A stretch of 63,922 bases of DNA, the filler included, from Globobulimina sp. (lineage: Eukaryota), in the NCBI GenBank assembly GCA_003354225.1. It is 22 parts of 22 records of this genome, joined end to end, with 100 filler letters (N's around TTAATTAATTAA, not from the genome) between each part and the next. Parts side by side here need not be neighbours in the genome. Positions count along the whole stretch, not along the records: positions 58,207 to 61,014 come from PIVH01004795.1; positions 61,115 to 63,922 come from PIVH01004796.1; 20 more parts are not named here. The stretch is one strand, 5' to 3'. The notes beneath the pieces were generated by a model. The model made no database searches. It worked only from the letters and a program-made list of their open reading frames with translations, and had not been told where the DNA came from. Of the stretch, positions 59,198-63,922 are shown piece by piece. How positions within the stretch are numbered: position 1 is the stretch's first letter; every line of letters starts with the position of its first letter. Made by a program: the position numbers and the translations under genes.

Positions 59198-59940
59198 TTA
59201 ACACAAATCAGGATGAAACCAAACTTGATTATCATTGTTATCTCGATGGTGTCCATGTTTACTATGATTTAATTTAATTAGTTCCTTTGAAGACATTGCA
59301 ATCATTGACATTGAACCTGTTCCAAACACTCTGAATCTCGGTAATTTTAATGAGGTGAAAGGTGTAAATGTTTCTAATTCCAAATCCAAATCGAAATCAT
59401 GTTCAGATTTTTTTGTGTGATTTTCTTTTTTATACACAAAAGGTGGAGGTGGTGATGGTACCGATGGCATACACACATCATCAAAATCATCCATTTTATT
59501 ATCTTCATCCGACTCACTGATTAAATCGATAATTTCTGAAATTATTTTCCTTTTTTTTGTTGGTTGAACTTTTTGAATGTCATCATAATCATCAACATCT
59601 ATTACAATCATATCTCTTTTTTGTGGGATTGTTTTTGTTGTTTTGTCAGTTTTTGGTTTGTTTGCTTCCAATTTGTTATATTTATTTCTGATTTTCCGAG
59701 TTCTGTTTATTTCGTATTGTTTCCTTAGTTATGCATGTTGTGTGTAAGAAGTTATTTAAATTAGTAATAACAGAGACAATTATACCATTTTTTACAATTC
59801 TTTACATTTTCCAATGGTTCCCATGTACTCTCATCAGAATCATATCCTTCCCATTTAACCAACCAATACATCACATGCTTATAATCTGCATTGAGGAATG
59901 TTGTATGATTCAAAACTGCCTCAACTTGCACGACTGACAT
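59198..59940 (-). CDS. Chromodomain protein with SIM-like motifs and an NLS (intron 59724-59785)
   Basis: Chromodomain VEAVLNH...WLVKWEGYDSDESTWEPLENV. The intron joins it in frame to the 59198-59671 ORF carrying VIDVDD, IIDLISESDED and KKRK. Confidence 0.8.
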
Positions 59941-59990
59941 ATGTTGCAAAAAATGTAAATGCCAAAAGTTTTATTTCACATAATTTTGCA

Positions 59991-61014
59991 ATGGACGTGT
60001 TTACTGATTTAGAACATTCAAACTATGTGTTGTTGTCCTCTATCACAGTCATCATAGTTGTGTTCACATTGCTATTATTGAGTTATAAATTATTTTGTGT
60101 TTCTGAAAACAGAAATATAATTCAGAACAAAATCATCCAATACGTTGCTATTATGCAACTAATATCGTTTGCATCCTCATATTTATCGTGGATTGTCCAA
60201 CTAATAATGTTTGAAACAGATGAAAATTCCGCAATGTACTATTTAGTCTCAGCCCTAATGTATTTGAGTTGGACAGCTGGTTGGGTCTCAATATATATTT
60301 TCATGGTGGCAAGGTTATATACCACATGTTTAGTATTACAGAAATGCATATTAATTTTCTACAATATATATTTCCAATTATTAAATATATGCAGTCAAAG
60401 AAAGTGTATATAGAATGCATAAAAACTCATTGAGATTCCATATAATAATCATTATAATTATCCCCATATGGTATTTAGCACTGGTTCTCATTGACCACAC
60501 CGGGAATAATGAGGAAGATGAATTTCTTTCGTATTTGACTGTGGTCGCAGTTGGATTCCCCCTCATATTCATTGGTTTGATGCTATTAATATTCCAATTT
60601 AATCGTAAATTATATTTATTGATAGTATCACAGAGACAAACCATTGCAACGGAGGAAGATGCACAACGAATAAAACTTAGTCCCACACAAATGTCAACGT
60701 TGTCTGTTATGACAAAACATGTATTGTTGGGAAGTTTAATTCTTTTATTTTTTGTATTATTTCTGTCAATTATTCCAATAATAACAGTGATTCATAATGT
60801 AATTAAATTGCAGGTTTCATGGCTTTTATATGAATGGTTTCTGGCACTGTTGGTGGTTGTAAATACTATTTGTGTCTACCTAGGATTTAAAATAAATAAA
60901 AAGGAATATGAAATTTGTTGCGATTCTTGTCATTGGAAATGTCGTCGATTATGTGAATATTGTGCACAAAAGAATTTGTCGACTTATAACAAGAAACGGA
61001 AAAATTATATTTCT
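59991..61014 (+). CDS. 7TM GPCR-like protein (intron 60328-60394; 3' truncated)
   Basis: About 7 TM helices, spliced RLYTTFKESVY and tail EYEICCDSCHWKC. Same family pattern as 20404-21345. Confidence 0.7.
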
Positions 61015-61114
61015 NNNNNNNNNNNNNNNNNNNNNNNNNNNNNNNNNNNNNNNNNNNNTTAATTAATTAANNNNNNNNNNNNNNNNNNNNNNNNNNNNNN
61101 NNNNNNNNNNNNNN

Positions 61115-62819
61115 ACAAATAGAACTTAAACGAATCGCGTAACGCAATAAATGAGTCGTAACTCACTGGCGATAAATTGTCCATAATCTGCAGGCATTTA
61201 CCAATAAATCTCGCTAAATTCAATGACGTCGAAGTCAGACATGGCTCACTCCCATCATCCGACGGACGGAGACAGTTCATATTATTCTCAATCTCCATGA
61301 AAATATTGGAAGGTTTCAACTTTTTATTTAAATCCGAGCGCCTCTTTTCTGCGCATAATTTGTCAAAAATGTTCTCCCCCGACAACAATTTCTGGTATAT
61401 CGAGATTTCATTATTCAACGCATTGCCATCTTTGTGCTCGCATTCATCGTCGATGACCCATTGCGTGTTCCGTTGCAATTCTTTGATGGAATGAATGCCA
61501 AAATTGCTCGGAATGGGCAAAACAACCCACATTTCGTTGTCAAAGTTGGTTTTCATCGATTCCCAAAACGTTTTACGAAAATGCGATAAATAGGAAGTGC
61601 ATTTCTTGCGTATCGAATTTGTGAGTTTCAAGCTCTCGCTGCCGCTGAAAGACTGTCCTATCATTTTGAATATGGAGGCACCGTGCAACGCTAATAGCAA
61701 ATCTTCCATTTTTATCTGCGTTTTTAATGAAAATTGCGATAATTCCAATAAGCCACCCAACAAATTCTGCGTTTCGTTCCATATACTTTTACGAACCAAA
61801 CTCTTCATATCTTCCGATTGGATGTTGTTTGCATTGCGGAATTTGATTAAAAACGATTCTGTTTTATAATATAAATGTAAAATGTCAAAGATCCGGCCAC
61901 AAATATCCATAAAACACAGCATAAAGGATTGAGGTTTCACTTTCTTACACAATGCGCGGTATGTATTCAGATTGACATTTGGCGCGTTTTTATTTTTATT
62001 CTTCGATGTATTAAAGCCATAATTTCGGTCAATATACGCTTGATTATATCCGTTGTGTTTGCATACAATTTGCGTACATTTGATAGTTAATATTTTAATG
62101 CTATTATCTTGCAACAATTTGTTAATTAAATGGAACTGTGATAATTTATAATAAGATTCGAAGATAATTTCCAATTTAGCCATATTTGCATGCGGTGCCT
62201 CGTAAATTAATATCAATAATTCTTTGCTTAATTTGTTCGTAATTACTTTAGTTCCGTCGCGGAAACGTTTTCGCATTAATTCGAGGCACAAAATGCTCGA
62301 AAACGGCCCAAATATTTTACTCGTGATTTGTTGATGGACATCGATGGCCGAAATGAAGTCATTTGCCTCTAAATATTTATGAAACTCTTGCTCCAAATCT
62401 ATCAATTTCTGGATTTCATACAAACTTCCAAGTGTATCTACCATTCGTTTTCTACGTTGATAGTTATTTATCACTGAAAAACATTTATGAATTAAGCACT
62501 TATCGCCCTCTCGCAAGGTACGTCGCGCATTGCGGCATAACACATTCGTTAAATGCAAATCCAACTTTACATCTTGGATTTGTTGCATACCAATGATGAA
62601 AGAATGAGAATTGTCCATTAGTCTCTTCTTGAATGTACGTTCAACGGCGTCTGCATATTCCTTGTAATATTGTGATTTTTCAACTAAATAATCCATGGTT
62701 AAGCCTTCTGTCGGCGGCAAGTTATCCATTACAGATTGGACAGAATCGAATTCTGGATCTTTGAATTCCAGTTTCATTTCCTTTAATAATTTCTCATCAT
62801 CCATGTCATTGCGACGCAC
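61115..62819 (-). CDS. VPS50: Syndetin/VPS50 (EARP subunit); 5' exons unresolved, 3' truncated
   Basis: FIIGMQQIQDVKLDLHLTNVLCRNARRTL, SFSGSESLKL and LTSTSLNLARFIGKCLQIMDNLSPV resemble VPS50. Confidence 0.8.
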
Positions 62820-63922
62820 GGATCCCTTTTATTGTGCTGTTTGTTAATTATTATCCTCGCACATAATATATGTTTTTTTTGTAACTTTAACACGTATTGC
62901 ATTTGAGTTTGAGCCGACATTGTCTAATTCTGGGTTTTGCGCTGATTCTTTGATTGCTTTCAGTTTAGCCTTTTTTGTTTTGAATTGAATTTTGGAGATG
63001 TGGTATTAATATACGTTTGTGTAATAACCTTGCGTTTTTTAAATCGACTTGATAGCTTTTTAAACAGTTTGGGACCGCTTTTCTTACTGTTGCTCATGGT
63101 GAGAAGTAAGGATTGATCGTCTTGACAGTTTTTGATGTGAAAATGTGTCTTGGCAGTTTTTGATGTGAATTTATTTACTAAACCAACAAATCCTTTTGGG
63201 ATTACTATCTTCCAAATTTATTTTGTTGACAATCTTCGTCCAGTGGGTCTGAACACCGCCGGAACTCTTCTTTTTCCTAATTTTTGTGGTGCGGACCTGC
63301 ATCTTCGTACAATCAATCGAGTTGGATATGATGATTGAAGTGGTCTTCTTGGCGGATTATTGCGATTCTGACTGGCATTGTAGTCGTAATTCAATTATCG
63401 ATACAAAACGATAACTAGAGTTGAAATCGGTGATAAGCGGAGATTGTTGTTTTGGGGAAAAGGGCAAACGTATCGTGAAATGTCTTCTTTTTGTGTACTA
63501 TATGCAATATAACAGCTGTATCATAAAATAGATTCATAATAGCACCATTTCTAAAAATACGGCGGAACTATCAACTATGCAATTGGAGGCTTAATACGAT
63601 AATGAATGGAGATTCACCATCACCAGATCCCTACGAAGACATTGATGAAATTCATATTGATTTACATGAAGATGAAATCAATAAATACAATCACAAACGC
63701 AATAAAAAATGCGAGATATGTATTAAAAACGATAAATTAAAACAAAAAAATATTATCATAAATAATGCGTGGATGGTTTGGGAATATGTTAAGTAAATAT
63801 ATTCAAACAATTATACAACAACACAGCAAATAAATATATTACAAGTTTGTGATAATGAGTGATTTCGTTACAGATTTTTACATCATAGTTAAGTGTGTCT
63901 TGAAATTTTCTACAACATCGTC

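Noticed and set aside
2814-61114. Regularly spaced TTAATTAATTAA as a repeat array or CRISPR
   Set aside because: It is always embedded in N runs, so it is an artificial linker.
1-63922. Operon-like or multi-gene system spanning neighbouring genes
   Set aside because: The contigs are unrelated and sorted by size, so adjacency across spacers carries no information.
62820-63922. Upstream VPS50 exons and the short ORF at 63602-63796
   Set aside because: The frames contain stops and I could not derive a consistent splice model or product.

Overview
This window is not one continuous locus. It is 22 short contigs, each about 2.81 kb and size-sorted from 2813 down to 2808 bp, joined by an artificial 100-nt spacer (N44-TTAATTAATTAA-N44). 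Gene order across spacers therefore means nothing. The DNA is AT-rich and eukaryotic, with 49-148 nt GT-AG introns, very short intergenic regions and eukaryote-specific genes (formin, VPS50, RNF10, maspardin, SP-RING, GPS-7TM, chromodomain). The style and expanded families resemble a foraminiferan or Reticulomyxa-like rhizarian (inference). Several junctions look like whole-genome-amplification chimeras. Mobile elements are three non-LTR retrotransposon fragments (RLE-type, APE-type, RT-RNase H-type), a gypsy-like gag, a TA-flanked Tc1/mariner MITE and a foldback element. The most unusual signal is a 304-nt minus-strand RNA gene candidate (2116-2419). It forms a full tRNA cloverleaf with apparently compensatory tertiary contacts, but carries a structured 225-nt insert in the anticodon loop. 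Other leads are a G-patch/SP-RING/multi-SIM fusion protein, an ADP-ribosyltransferase-like protein, a recurring F-box/SOCS-like motif, a BHMT with a mitochondrial-type presequence, and a PcrA-like helicase with a C-terminal PIP box. All calls come from reading motifs by eye; no searches were run.
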